DNA from: the human T2T-CHM13v2.0 reference genome, Homo sapiens | Direction: 5' to 3' (one strand) | Assembly: GCF_009914755.1 (NCBI RefSeq) | Contig: NC_060927.1 | Length of the DNA stretch: 64,000 bases | Shown here: in pieces, positions 1 to 13,188 of the stretch | How the letters are laid out: every line of letters starts with the position of its first letter | Numbering within the stretch: the stretch's first letter is position 1 | The notes under the pieces: generated by a model | What the model was told of the DNA's origin: nothing | Databases searched by the model: none | The model's input: the letters and a program-made list of their open reading frames with translations, nothing else | Translations under genes and position numbers: made by a program

Positions 1-395
1 GCTGCTTATCTTTGGTCTAGAAGCTGTTATGCTAAGTTTTAGCTCAGGCTATCTTAGGCAGATTTATAACCTCCTGAGATGCTGACATTATAATGAAAAT
101 GCTGACAGCCTCCAAGTTTTGCTGACAGGAATGGCACAGCTGTGATAAAACTAGAAGATGAATGGAAATACAGTGCCTCATCCTTGTGGAATTGTCATGG
201 GTTTACCTGGAAGAGAAACAAGTCCTTAATTAGCCCAGGGGTGGAAGAAAGGCTCTCCAACATTAGAGGCCCAAGTTGGTTTGGATTCAGTTGTCATGGT
301 ATTTTCCCAGGCCATTTTAAAACATGCCTGAAGGAATTGAGGAATAGAATATCATTTAAAAAAAAATCATTTTGCTTTGGCTTTGTCATCTAAAT

Positions 396-612
396 GAGGG
401 GTCAGCAAACAAGGACCCATGGGCCAAATGTGACCCACAGTAGGTTATTGTAAATAAAGGTTTAATTAGCACACAGCTATGCCTGTTCATTTAAATATTG
501 CCTATGGCTACTTTTGCATTATGGCAGAGTTAATTGTGACATAGACAGTTCGCCCACATAGCTTAAAACATTTACTCTCTGGTCCTTTACAGAAAAAGTT
601 GATAGACCTTGA
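396..612 (+). mobile_element. MER58A-like hAT-Charlie MITE
   Basis: Starts gaggggtcagcaaac, contains ttgtaaataaagg and ggtcctttacagaaaaagtt as in the MER58A consensus; flanked by a near-identical 8-mer, atctaaat (388-395) / atttaaat (613-620), consistent with an hAT TSD. Confidence 0.85.
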
Positions 613-1395
613 ATTTAAATAAATTATTTTCAAGAGTTTTCATTGTTTATTTTGTTTCATGATACCATACATTACCTCTTTGCCTTCTACACACATCTTT
701 CTAATTATGCTTAGAATATGTAGTTGTTTTAAAATACAAAGTAAAGTAGATTTGTTTAGAAATTCCATTATAATTCTTGAGTAACTTGGAGACACCTGGG
801 ATTTCCAACATTGAAATGATGCCCTAAGTTTTCTAGTAAGAGTGTTGGATAAATTTCAGCAGAGGTGAAACAATCCAAAGAATAATTTTTCAGAGTCATT
901 ATCTTCCAGGGAACCTAGGGTCAGGCACAAAAGTTGGAAGTATTGCAATCAGACAGATTTGAATCATTTAACATTGTTGAGCTGTTAAGAAAAGTAGATT
1001 AAGGCTCTTCCTTGAAGTTTTATTTTTCTTTGTTCCACATAGAGGTGAAGTGACAAAGAAATTTCACAAATGTTTGTGGGATTCCTATTTTATATTGGAC
1101 ATGATGGGGGTATTTTCACCCAATTTGTATCCCATTTAATTGTAACAATAACTATAGGAACTAGGTGTTGCTCTTTTCATCGTTCAGTTGAAAGACAGAC
1201 ACTCAGAGAGATGAAACAATTTTCCTTGAGAAAAAGTTGTAGTGTTAGAATTTAAATCTAAATTGTCTGCTTCTATCCTATATTCCTAAAAGCGTGGGCT
1301 TAATTTGCAGTGTGATGTCTGAGCTGTGGGTATGATAAGTTGCTACCACATTGTCTCTTTCTTATCATTAGATGTTCATTTTCTTCTCATTAATA

Positions 1396-1895
1396 GAGAG
1401 GCAGCATAGTATATGCAGTGGTTCTCAGTCTATCCTAGAATATTTGAAATCAAAACTATTTTCATAATAATATTAGGACATTACTTGTCTTTGACTGTCA
1501 TTACCTCATGCATGCACAGTGGAGTTTTTTGGAGGTTACATGAAGTGGTGACATCATTCCTCTGATGCCTAATGGTTGTATAATCTTAAGTTTTTCTCTT
1601 TTAATGTTAATATTGTAAATATTGATAAACATAATCTACATAAATAAAAAAAAATTTCAAGTTCTGAATAACTTTTAAGAGCATAGAAGGGTTCTCACCA
1701 AAGTGTTGGGAAACCATGGTGAAGTGATTAAGATAATGTCCCTTACTCACCTCCCCAAGCCAGACCTCCTGGATTTAAAACTAGTTTCTATCATTCATTG
1801 ACTTGGGCAAGTTTTTTTTTTTTTTATCTCAGCAGTCGTTGGTTTCTCATCTCTGACATAAGAACAACACTAATATCTATTTTACAAGATTGCTT
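1396..1895 (+). mobile_element. MIR split by an hAT-Charlie non-autonomous element (~1417-1719)
   Basis: MIR head gaggcagcatagt, then cagtggttctc...caaaactattttcataataa...acataatctacataaa...gggaaaccatgg (Charlie/MER5-group ends); MIR body resumes (ccagacctcctggattt...gacttgggcaagtt...tttctcatctctga). Confidence 0.6.
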
Positions 1896-2084
1896 AAATA
1901 CATTCATATTTAATATTTATAAGTCTTTGTTAAATAAAACAATAATGACTTCAGTTTCAGAAGCTTTGAGACTATGTTCAACTTTTCAAGTGTAGTCCCC
2001 TCCCCTCCCTGCCCTTTAAACTGTAAATAAATTAGCTTTGTATAATTGTTCACAGTTACGGAATAAAAATATCCTAACCATCTT

Positions 2085-2960
2085 TAAATGAACTTTTAAT
2101 TGCAGAATGATATATGTAAATTATTAATCATTACTGTACAGCCTGTTTAACATAAAACGAGTAGAATATTGCCAAACCTCAAAAATCCCATTTGTACCCT
2201 CCCAGTCACCATCCCCCACTTATTTCCCAAGGACAAGCCCTATTCTGACTTACAACATTGTCAACTAGTTTTGCCTGTTTTTGAACTTCATATAACTGAA
2301 ATCTTAGGGCATGCAGGATTTTGTACCTGGCTTCTTCATTATTCTGTTTGTAAGATTTATCTATTTTGCTATGTGTAGTTTATAGGTAGGTCTATATTAT
2401 TGTCGATAGTATTCCATTGTACAAATATACATAATACATTTATCTACCCTACTCTTGAAGGATATTTAGGTTATTTTTTAGATTTTGGCTATTATTAATA
2501 GGCTGTTATAAACATTCTTGCTCATGTTTAGACAAACATTTCATTGGGGCATTCCTTAGGAGTGAAATGGTTGGGTTATAGGGATTACATATGACCATGT
2601 CTTAGGGGTTCATATTGCTGAGTCATTGAGGGTGTGTATGTTCAGCTTTCCAATAGTTTTCCAAGGTGGCTCTATGAATTTACACGCTTACTAGCCGTGT
2701 ATGACAGTCCAGTTGTCAACACTTGGTATTGTCTATACATTTTCTTTTGCTCATTCTTATTGATGTGTACAGAAATTACATTGGGTTTTGAATTTTTTTC
2801 CCTGCTAATGAAGTTGAGTATTCATTATTTGGGTAACTTCCTCTGTGAAGTACCTGTTCAAAATATTTGAACTTTATTTTCCTATTAGGTTATCTATTTT
2901 TTTCTTATTGATTTCAAGGAGATATTTATATATCCTACATGCATGTCCTTTGATAGTTTT
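2085..2960 (-). mobile_element. Old mammalian L1 (L1M) 3' fragment
   Basis: Antisense L1M 3'UTR/ORF2-end phrases: ctagttttgcctgtttttgaacttcatata, tagtattccattgt, tttggctattattaata, gtgaagtacctgttcaaa. Confidence 0.7.
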
Positions 2961-3657
2961 AGTACATTTTTAAGGTTCTTTAGAGAGCTATTCTAGCATT
3001 CTGTCACCTCAACCATTTAAAATTTAAAATGGCAAAAGAGCTTTATTAGTAGAGCATCTAATTTCAAATCCACCATTTTAAGCTTTGCTATTATTACAGA
3101 AAAGCAAGTACAAAGTGTTGAGAAGAGAAAACAAATGGGATTTTGCTTCTGTAAGTTAATAGTTACATTTCAGCTGTTCTGTTTACACACCATTAAATGT
3201 ACACTCCAGAATGTGGTAGAACAAGAAAAACAATAGTACAGTTCTTACAATTTGTAATAAGCTGCACTTCACAGCACTTTACAAATAAACAGCAATCATA
3301 TCTGATCTGGTGGACTCAGAGAGTAAGCAGAGGCTACCCCAGTTTATTATAGACATAAGCCCACCATGCAACAGACTAAGGGAAGGCTTACAGAGAAATG
3401 TCCAAACTTTCTTTGGAATACAACCTTATACTCTTTGTTATGGAAGGCAGGCACTGTTCTCAAATGCTCTTCCCATTGACTGGGCAGGCACTTACACAGA
3501 ATAATCAAACAGCTGTTGACTTTGGAATTGAATTTTTTTTTTTCCCAAACTTCTCAGTACTAGTTCTAAACCATGGCTGCACATTAAAATCACCTGTTGA
3601 ACTTCTAGACAATATTGATGCTTAATTGTGGTACTGAGCATCAGTTTTTTTTTTAAC

Positions 3658-6110
3658 TTTTATTTTAGGTTTTGGGGTACATGTGCAGGCTTGTTACATG
3701 AGTAAATTGCGTGTTGCTGAGGTTTGGCATATGAATAATCCCATCACCCAGGTAGTGAACATAGTACGTGATAGGTAGTTTTTCAACTCACAACTCTCTC
3801 CCACCCTTCCCCTTCAGTGTCACCAGCATCTGTTGTTATCATCTTTATTTCCTTGTTTACTCAATGTTTAGCTCCTGCTTATAAGTGAGAACATGTGGGC
3901 TTTTTTTTCTGTTCCTTTGTTAGTTCACTTAGGATAACATCATTCAGCTGCATTCGTGTTGCTGCAAAGGACATTTCTTTTCTTTTTATGGCTGTGTACT
4001 ATTCCATGGTGTATATGTACCACTTTAAAAAAAATTCAGTCCATTGTTAATGGGCATCTAGGTTGATACCATGTTTTTACTATTGTGAATAGTGCTGCAA
4101 TGAACATAGAAGAGCATGTGTCTTTTTGGTAGAATGATATATTTTCCTTTGGGTATATACCCAGTAATAAGACTGCTGGGACAAATGGTAGCTCTGCTTT
4201 AGGTTCTTTGAGAAACCTCCAAACTGCTTTCCACAGTGGCTAAACTAATTTATGTTTTACCAGCAGTGTGTAAGTGTTTCATTTTCTCCTCCTTGCCAAC
4301 ATCTGTTATTTTTTGACGTTTTAATAACTCTGACTAGTGGGAGATGGTATCTTATTTTGGTTTTGATTTGCATTTTTCTAATAATTAGTGATGTTAAGAA
4401 TTTTTTTTAACACATTCGTTGGCTGCATGTATGTCGTCTTTTGAGAACTGTCTGTTCATTACCTTTGCTTATTTTTTTAAAATGGGGTTGCTTATTGGAT
4501 TATTTAAGATCCTTAAAGATTCTGGATATTAGACCTTTGTCGGATACATAGTTTGTGACTGTTTTCTCCCATTCTGTAGGTTCTCTGTTTACTCTGTTGA
4601 TAGCCACTTTTCCTGTGCAGAGCTCTTTAATTAGGTCCCGCTTGTCAACTTTTGTTTTTGCTTCAGTGGGTTTTGGGGACTTGGTCATACATTCTTTGCC
4701 CAGGCTAATGTTGAGAAGGGGTATTTCCTAGGTTTTTGTCTAGGATTTTTATAGTCTGTAATCCACCTTGAGGTAATTTTTACATATAGTAAAAGTCCAG
4801 TTTTAATCTTATGCTTATGGCCAGCTAGTTATCCTATTACCATTTATTGCATAGGAAGTCATTTCCCCCATTGCTTGTCATTGTCGACTTTGTTGAAGAT
4901 CGGCTGTTTGTAGGTGTGTGGCTGTATTTCTGGTTCTCTATCCTGATCCATTGATCTGTTTATGTGTCTGTTTTTGTACCAGTACCATGCTGTTTTAGTT
5001 ATTGTAGCCTTGAAGTATAGCTGGAAATTAGTCAGTGTGATGCCTCTGGGTTTGTTCTTTCTACTTAGGATTGCTTTGGCTATTTGGGCTCTATTTTGGT
5101 TCCATATTAATTTTAGAATAGTTTTTTTTCTAATTCTGTGAAAAATGACCTTGGTATTTTGATAGGAATAGTATTGAATCTGTAAATGTCTTTGGGCAAT
5201 ATGACTTTTAACAGGATTTGTTTCTCTATCCATGAGCATGGAATGTTTTACCATTTGTGTGCTGTCTGATTTCTTTCTGTAGTGTTTTATAATTCTCATT
5301 GCAGAGATCTTTCACCTCTTTGGTTAGCTGCATTCTGAGGTATTTTATTCTTTTCGTGGCTATTGTAATTGAATTGCATTCTTGATTTGGTTCTCAGCTT
5401 GGATGTTATTGGTATATGAGAGTGCTATTGATTTTTTTATCCTGAAACTTTACTGGAGTTATTTATCAGTTATAGTGCCCTTTTGGTGGAGCATATGGGA
5501 TTTTCCAGGTCGTCATTTTCTAGGTCGTGACTTCTAGAATGATACTATCTGTGAAGAGAGATAGTTTGACTTCCTCTCTTCTTATTTGAATGCCTTTTAT
5601 TTCTTTCTCTTTCTTGTTTGCTCGTCCTAGAACTTCTAGTACTATGTTGAATAGTAATGCTAAGAGTGAGCAACCTTATCTTGATCCAGTTCTCAAGACA
5701 AATGCTTTCAGCTTTTCTCCATTCAGTATGATGTTGGCTGCAGGTTTGTCATAAAAGGCTCATATTATTTTTAGGTATATTTCATAGATGCCTAATTTGT
5801 TGAGGGTTTTAAATATGAGATGATGTTGAATTTTACTTAAAGCTATTTTTGCATCTATTGAGATGATAATGTGGTTTTTATTTTTAATTCTGTTTATGTG
5901 GTCAGTCACATTTATTGATTTGTAATATGTTGGAATAACCTTGCATCCCAGGAATAAAGCCTACTTGATCTTGGTGTGTTAACTTTTTGATGTGCTGCTG
6001 GATTTGCTTTGCTAGTATTTTGTAGAGGATTTTTACACCTATGTTCATCAGGAATATTGGCGTGAAGTTTTCTTTTTTCACTGTCTCTGCCAGGTTTTGG
6101 TATCAGAGTG
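3658..6110 (-). mobile_element. L1PA13-16-like LINE-1, 3' segment (3'UTR and ORF2 C-terminal part) of a 5'-inverted insertion
   Basis: Antisense L1 3' end ttttaggttttggggtacatgtgcagg; minus-strand ORF fragments match L1 ORF2 ([35 protein letters not shown]). Confidence 0.9.
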
Positions 6111-8027
6111 AAAGACAGTTAGAGAGAAGGAGAAGTTCACATGCAAAGGGCACCCCATCAGGCTAACAACAGACTTTTCATCAGAAACCTTACAAGTTAG
6201 AGAGATTGGAACCCTATTTTCAGCATCTTAAAAAAAAGGAAATTTCAACCAAAATTTTACATCCTATCAAAGCTTCATAAGCAAAGGATAAATAAAATCC
6301 TTTTTAGATAAGCAAATGTTAAAGGAACTTATTACCACCAGACCTGTCTTACAAGAGGTCCTTAAGGGAGTGTTGAACATGGAAATGAAATGAAGATACC
6401 TGTCACCACAAAAATACACTTAAGTACATAGCTCAATGACGCTACAAAGCAAGTATACAATCCAGTCTACACAGCAACCAGCTAACAACATGAGGACAGA
6501 ATCAAATCCTCACATATCAATACTAACCTTGAATGTAAATGGGCTAAATGCCCCATTTAGAAGGCATAGAGTGGCAAGTTAGATAAAGATGCAAGACCCA
6601 ACTATTTTCTGTCTTCAAGAGACCCATCTCACATGTAATAAAACTCACAGTCTCAATGTAAAGGGATGGGAAAAGGTCTGTCAGGCAAAAAGAAAACAAA
6701 AAGAGCTGGGGTTGGTATTCTTACATCAGATAAAACAGACTTTAAGCCAACAATGATAAAACCAAAAAAAATAAAAAGAAGGGCATTACATGACGATAAA
6801 GGGTTCAATTCAGCAAGACTGAACTATTCTAAATATATATGCACCCAGCATTGGAGCACCCAGATTCATAAGATGAGTTCTTGGAGAGCTACAAAGAGAC
6901 TTAGATAACCACAAAATAATAGTGGGAGATTCAACACCCCACTGAGAGTGTTAGACAGTTCATTGAGGCAGACAACTAACAAAGATATTCCGCCTTAAAC
7001 TTGACAGTTGGACAATTAGACCTAATAGACATCTGCAGAATACTCCACCCAACAAAAACAGAATATACATTCTTCTCATTTGCACATGGCACATATTCTA
7101 AGATCAACCACATGCTCAGACACAAAACAAGTCTCAAAAAATTTTTAAAAAATCAAAATTATACCTACCATGCTCAGACAACAGCACAATAAAAATAGAT
7201 ATCAATACAAAGAAGATCTCTGAAATCCATACAATTACATGGAAATTAAACAACCTGTTCCTAAATGATTTTTGGGTAAAGAATGAAATTAAGGCAGAAA
7301 TCAAAAAATTCTTTGAAACTAATGAAAACAGACACAACATACCTGAATCTTTGGGATACAGATAGAGCACAGTTAAGAAGAAAGTTTATGGTGCTAAACA
7401 CCTACATCAAGAAGTTAGAAAGATCTCAAATTAGCAACCTAATGTTGGACCCAGGGGAACTAGAAAAACAAGAACAAATCAACCCCAAAGCTAGCAGAAG
7501 AAAATAAATAACCAAAAACATAACTGAATGGAATAAAATTGAGATTCAAAAATCCATAGAAAATATCAATGAAACCAAAGGTTTGTTATTTGAAAGAATA
7601 CTTAAGATTGGCAGACTGCTAGCTAGATTAATAAAGAAAAAAAGAGAGATGATCCAAATAAGCACAATCAGAAATTTGAGAAAGGTGGTGATACAACCGA
7701 CCCCACAGAACTAATAAAAAACTCCTCAGATATTATTATGAACACTTCTATGCACACAAACTAGAAAACTTAGAAGAACTGGATAAATTACTGGAAACAC
7801 ACCTTCTCAAGATTGAACCAGGAAGAAATTAAAACCCTGAGCAGACCAGTAAAAAGTTCCAAAATTGAATCAGTAATAAAAAACCTAGCAACTGAAAAAT
7901 ACCCTGGACCAGGTAGATTCACAGCTGAATTCTATTAGATGTCTCAAGAAGAGCTAGGACCATCCTACTGAAATAATTCCCAAAAATCAAGGTGGAGGGA
8001 CTCCACCCTAACTCATTCTACAAAGCT
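6111..8027 (+). mobile_element. Inverted 5' segment of the same L1 (end of ORF1, ORF2 endonuclease to start of RT)
   Basis: Plus-strand L1 peptides RAGVGILTSDKTDFKPT, LDLIDICRILHPTKTEYTFFS, KKLERSQISNL; ends at ctaactcattctacaaagctag, the consensus position adjoining where the minus segment stops. Confidence 0.9.
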
Positions 8028-8390
8028 AGTTTTTTTAACGCTCCCCAGATGATTCTCATTTCAGCCAAGATTGATAACCACTGAGCTACAGTATCCAATG
8101 AGGTAGTCAGTATGTTTTGGGAAAGAAGAATTGAGGAATAGAGTCTACATCCCATTCATCCCACTTCTTGGCTCTTCCAAAGAGTGGATGTGGAATCAGT
8201 TTCCACTCTTAGGGTAGCACCCCACATGTCCACCTTTGAAAGTCAACTAAGTATCTAGCTGCTTCTGGTCCTCTCAAGGTTTTTCTCCTTTTCTGTAGGC
8301 CTTTGGTTTTTAAAATCTCTTTTCTTTTTTCCCTTCTTCTCTCCTTCTGCATTTCCTTTCCCAGGGTCTACCTTTTCTTTTTCTTTTTCC

Positions 8391-8700
8391 TTGCTTTTCT
8401 TTTCTTTTTTTTTTTTTTTTGAAACAGGGTCTCACTCCATCACCCAGGCTGTAGTGCAGAAGCACAATCATAGCCCACTGTAGTCTTGACCTCCCAGGCT
8501 CAAGCAATCCTCCCATCTCAGTGTCCTGAGTAGCTGGGACTACAGGCACATGCTACCCTGCCTGGCTAGTTTAAAAAAAAAATTTATTTTTGTAGGTACC
8601 AGCTCTTGTGATGTTGCCAGGGCTGGTCTCAAATTTTTGGGCTCCTGAGTGATTCATCCCCCTCAGCCTCCCAAAGTGCTGGGACTACAGGCATGAATCA
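8391..8700 (-). mobile_element. AluJ with an expanded CT-rich tail region (8310-8420)
   Basis: Poly-T then gaaacagggtctcactcc...caatcatagcccactgtag...ggctcaagcaatcctccc (AluJ-type), ending cccaaagtgctgggactacaggcatga. Confidence 0.9.
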
Positions 8701-9727
8701 GCTTATGTAGTCAACCTTTTCTTGTGACTAGCCTTTGCTGAAAGGATTTGGTCAGTATTCTAGATCTAGTTCTGTTGCTAAAAGTGTCACAAGGCTTTGG
8801 TTACTAGAGGTAAATTCGAGGCAGGTAGGGAAGATCAGGCTCTTAGCATAACTCGTTCTTGAGAAGGAGCATGCAAAAGGCCTTTCACACTGCCAAACTA
8901 GCTTACTGCCAATCTACCTTCTGTATATTATTATGATGAAAGAAAATCTGGCCTCTTTTTCTCCTAAAATTTTATTATCAAAGACCTCTTTTGTTATCCT
9001 AGTTTGGGTGTGTGCCTGCTTCTAGGAAAAGTTTCATCATGTGCAGTGGCAGGAGGCATATTCCTTGACAAGAAAAATGTAAGAAAAAGCAAACCAAAAT
9101 AATAATGAGATACTACTCTTTATTCTATATTAAATTAGCAAAATATTGTTTTTCCCTCTGTGAGAATATCCTATTTTTGATTGCTATGATACCCTTTTGA
9201 GGAAACAATTTGGCAATTTGTATCTTTATCCATGAGAGCAGTTATATAATTTTTTTTCATAATCTATCTGAGGAAACAATCTAAAAATGCAGAAATGACC
9301 TCATTTACAAAGGTGTTTAATGTGACTCCATCTATTAATACTGAAAAACTGATAATAGCCTAAGAGTACATAACATTAGGAGAATGATGGAGCAATTATA
9401 GAATATTCATCTGAAGGAATATTGTTATTTCTAAAAATGATATTTACAAACTTCTGGTTTAAAACAGTGTCTAGCTAGCAGCCCTTAAACTGTAATTTCT
9501 CACTGAAATATCCATAATGACGACTAATAAAAGCCAAAGCCAACAGATGAATTTATGCTAGAAGTTTTAAATTTCTTCTACCCAGAGAAAATCTGCTTAA
9601 GTTTGGCTTCATTCTATAAAGCCTGCCCAGAAAAAAATAAAAAGGTACTCTTCACTTTCACTACTGTCTTCTTTGACTCAAGGGTCTTACCAATCAGAGA
9701 AAAGGACATATGTTCTTCTACTGCCGT

Positions 9728-9859
9728 GAGTCTTCATGTGTAGTCTCAGACCAGCAGAATCAGCATTACTGGAGAACTTGTTAGAATCAGACACTTTGTG
9801 CATGGGACCCAGAATCACCTGCAGATGATTTTGATACACCTATAATTTGAGAACCATTG
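9728..9859. mobile_element. MER5A-like hAT-Charlie MITE
   Basis: gtgtagtctcagaccagcagaatcagcattactggagaacttgttagaat...tttgagaaccattg. Confidence 0.7.
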
Positions 9860-10062
9860 TTGTCATGCATAGGTGCTGATTTTTGAGGCAGCCAAATCAT
9901 TCTTTCTGTCCCCTACTTCATTTGCCAACTTTATTTGAAAGGACAGAGACAGCCGTTCCTAGAAACTAGTGACAAGAAAGCTCAGGGTATCTGGTAGTAG
10001 CCAGTGGCATTCTGGGAGATATGGTCTCCAGGAAGAAAGTGCTAAAAAGAGAAGAAAGGTGA

Positions 10063-10405
<343 letters not shown>

Positions 10406-10559
10406 CTTGTCTTTATTGATTCAGAGAATCACAGAACCAGGTGTGAAAGGCAACATTACCTCAGTAGAGCAGAGAGTGCTGCTCCAGGTGAGTGGTAGCA
10501 AGAAACTTGCAATTTGACTGGAATTTGACCACCAATTCAGTGCCCAGATTGCTGGGCAA

Positions 10560-11400
10560 AAGGTGAGCAATATTGTCTTGTAGAGGATGAAGAAGGACGA
10601 AGGATGGAACCAACAACCAACATGGAGCTAATTGAAAAAAATGCCATAGTATAAGGGAAGAGAACAGACTCATAAAATACCTCTAAAAATTGTCTACTAT
10701 GGGATTTAGAATAAACATGGAAATTCTCAGTAGTATGCAAAGAGATACAGCCCCTATGGAAGAGGAGCCAAAAATTATAAAGGAGGAAAAAGCTCTGATA
10801 AAAAGATAAGAGGATGAAATAAAAAGGGAGATGACTAATATTAATGTGGATTTCAAGTACATTAAAAATTAAATAGAATTAAAGTCCACATTAGAGGGAA
10901 AAAGATAACAATTTAGCATTATAAAAAAATCAAATCAACAAAGTCACACCCTTCTGGAATGTAGAAATAAAAGATAAATTGATAAAAATGATGACAAAAG
11001 TAATATAAACAGAAGACAGGGAATAAATATTAAACAAATGAATAGTTTGTGTTCATGAGAAAAATGCTGGAATAAATAACCATACATGTAATAGATGAGC
11101 TAAAAAGGCTAGTTTAGACATGTTGAAATATTTCATTATGCTCAAATAAAAGAATTAAAAAGAGACTCATATTTAAACTTACAGAGGGAAAATAATCTTG
11201 AACTAAATGACAAAGAAAAACAATCTCATATAATATCAAGCCATGGAGGAAAGAATTTACAAGAGTATAAAAATAAGTTGGCCTCAGAACTGGACTTTGC
11301 AATATGACTGCTCGAAAGATGAAGCTTGGAGCTCAAAAGATGAAGCTTGGAGCTCAAAAATGATGTTATGTAAAAGATGACTATTGTGTAGCTTAAATTA
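10560..11400 (+). mobile_element. Very old L1/HAL1-like ORF1-region remnant
   Basis: Strongly A-rich sense strand with degenerate L1 ORF1-like phrasing; highly diverged, family uncertain; similar A-rich pieces continue at ~12150-12570. Confidence 0.4.
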
Positions 11401-11473
11401 GTTTAACAAGACAAATCTAAATAATTATTGTAAACTTTCTTACATCACTGAATACTTGTGTTAGTTTTTTGAC

Positions 11474-12138
11474 ATTTGAGTCCATTTTGTGTTGCTATAG
11501 CAGAATACCAGAGGCTGAGTAATTTACAGTGAAAAGAAACTTACTTGGTTCACAGTTCTGGAGGCTGGGAAGTCCAACACTGAGAGGCTACATCTAGTGA
11601 GGGCCTTCTTGCTGGGTCACAACATGGCAGAAGGCATCATTTGGCAAGAAAGAGCAGGAAATTAATCACACAACCTCAAGCCCTTTTATAATCAGCATTA
11701 ATCAACTCATGAGGGTGAAACCCTTACGTCCAAAATAATTATTTATTTATTTATTTTTATTTTTTGAGACAGAGTCTTGCTCTGTTGCCAGGCTAGAGTG
11801 CAGTGGCAGGATCTCGGCTCTGTTGAAGCCTCCCAGGTTCAAGCGATTCTCCTGCCTCAGCCTCCCAATAGCTGGGACTACAGGTACGCACCACTACACC
11901 TGGCTAACTTTTGTATTTTTAGTAGAGACAGGGTTTCACCATGTTCATTAGGCTAGTCTTGAACTCCTGACCTCATGATCCACCTGCCTCAGCCTCCCAA
12001 ACTGCTGGGATTATAGGTGTGAGCCACTGTGCCCGGCATGACCCAATCAATTCTTAAAGGTCTTACCTCACAACACTGTTGCACTGGAAGTTAAGTTTCC
12101 AACATGTAAACTTTGGGGGACACATTCACACCATAGCA
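11474..12138 (-). mobile_element. MST-family MaLR LTR interrupted by an AluS
   Basis: tgttgctatagcagaataccagaggctgagtaattta...cacagttctggaggctgggaagtccaa...; ends gggggacacattcacaccatagca (reverse complement of the MST start TGCTATGG). Confidence 0.85.
11737..12037 (-). mobile_element. AluS nested in the MST LTR
   Basis: (TTTA)n tail then gagacagagtcttgctctgttgccagg to gtgagccactgtgcccggc. Confidence 0.92.
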
Positions 12139-12574
12139 GATGTATAATGCAAAAAACAACAATTTAATAAATTCAATATTTTAAATATTTATTATCAAGT
12201 AACATCTTTAATAGTAAATAATAATGAAACAATAATCTAAGACTTTATTACTGGATTATCATAATATTAAAAACTGGTTGGGGGGATAAATAGTATAGTA
12301 CCCCTATGCCTTATAAAAGAGGAAATTAAGAAGATACTTTTGTTCTTAATTCTGAGAAGTTGAAAAAGGTCCAGGAATGATTTTGAAAAAAAAATTGAGG
12401 TAACCATTAACAAAATTAAAAATAGGACATATACCTTTTATGTGCTAGAATACCAAAAAGCAAAGAAAACATAGGAAACATGAATGCCTGAGAAATAAAG
12501 CAAAAAAAAATGTATTGACAAAATAAACTAAACATATTAGTTACACCAAAAACGAAGTGTATTAAACTCTATGA

Positions 12575-13010
12575 AATGGTTAAAAACATGAGATTCTGTC
12601 CTGTTTCTGTCACTTGCTAACTTCAGTTTCTTAACATCGTTATTTAACTTCATTAAGATTCAGTTTTTTAATTTTCTACATGGTGATAGCAAGACCTACT
12701 TCTAAAGGCTGTTCAGAGGACTGAGACATTGTAGAAACAAACAAGTATTACCCAATATCTGGCATACTGAGAAGACAGCACATTCTCCTGGTTGAGAGCC
12801 TGTATGGTGAAGTCTGGTAGGTTTCAAGCCTGGCTTGGTTACTTAACTAATCATGTGACTTGAGGTGAGTTACTGAGCTCTCCAAGTCTTAGTTTTTTTC
12901 ATTTGTAAAATGAGCATAAAATAGTACCACCCAGTATTGTCATAAAGATTTAAGTGAAATAATACATGTGAACTATTTGAGACAATGCCTTACTACAGAG
13001 TACTCAATTA
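12575..13010 (+). mobile_element. Two adjacent MIR copies
   Basis: MIR core motifs catgtgacttgaggtgagttactgagctctccaagtcttagtttttttcatttgtaaaatgag and ataatacatgtgaac. Confidence 0.65.
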
Positions 13011-13188
13011 TATTCATTATAATTATTAGAGTAAACTAGCAGCTTTACATCTGAAGTGTTAAAATGTGTATAAATAAAACTAACATTATTAATGAAAGAG
13101 CAATAGTAACATTTAAAAATATCAGACTGGCATGCAACACTAGTCAGTATTTGCATAAATACATTTGGTAGTTTCCTATGATGAAATA

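Larger units (their letters stand above)
3558..8093. mobile_element. MER5A split in two (3558-3657 and 8028-8093) by an L1 insertion
   Basis: Left half tagttctaaaccatggctgcacattaaaatcacctg; right half ctccccagatgattctcatttcagccaagattgataaccactg; the halves join into a MER5A-like sequence across the duplicated ag(t)n-aac. Confidence 0.75.
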
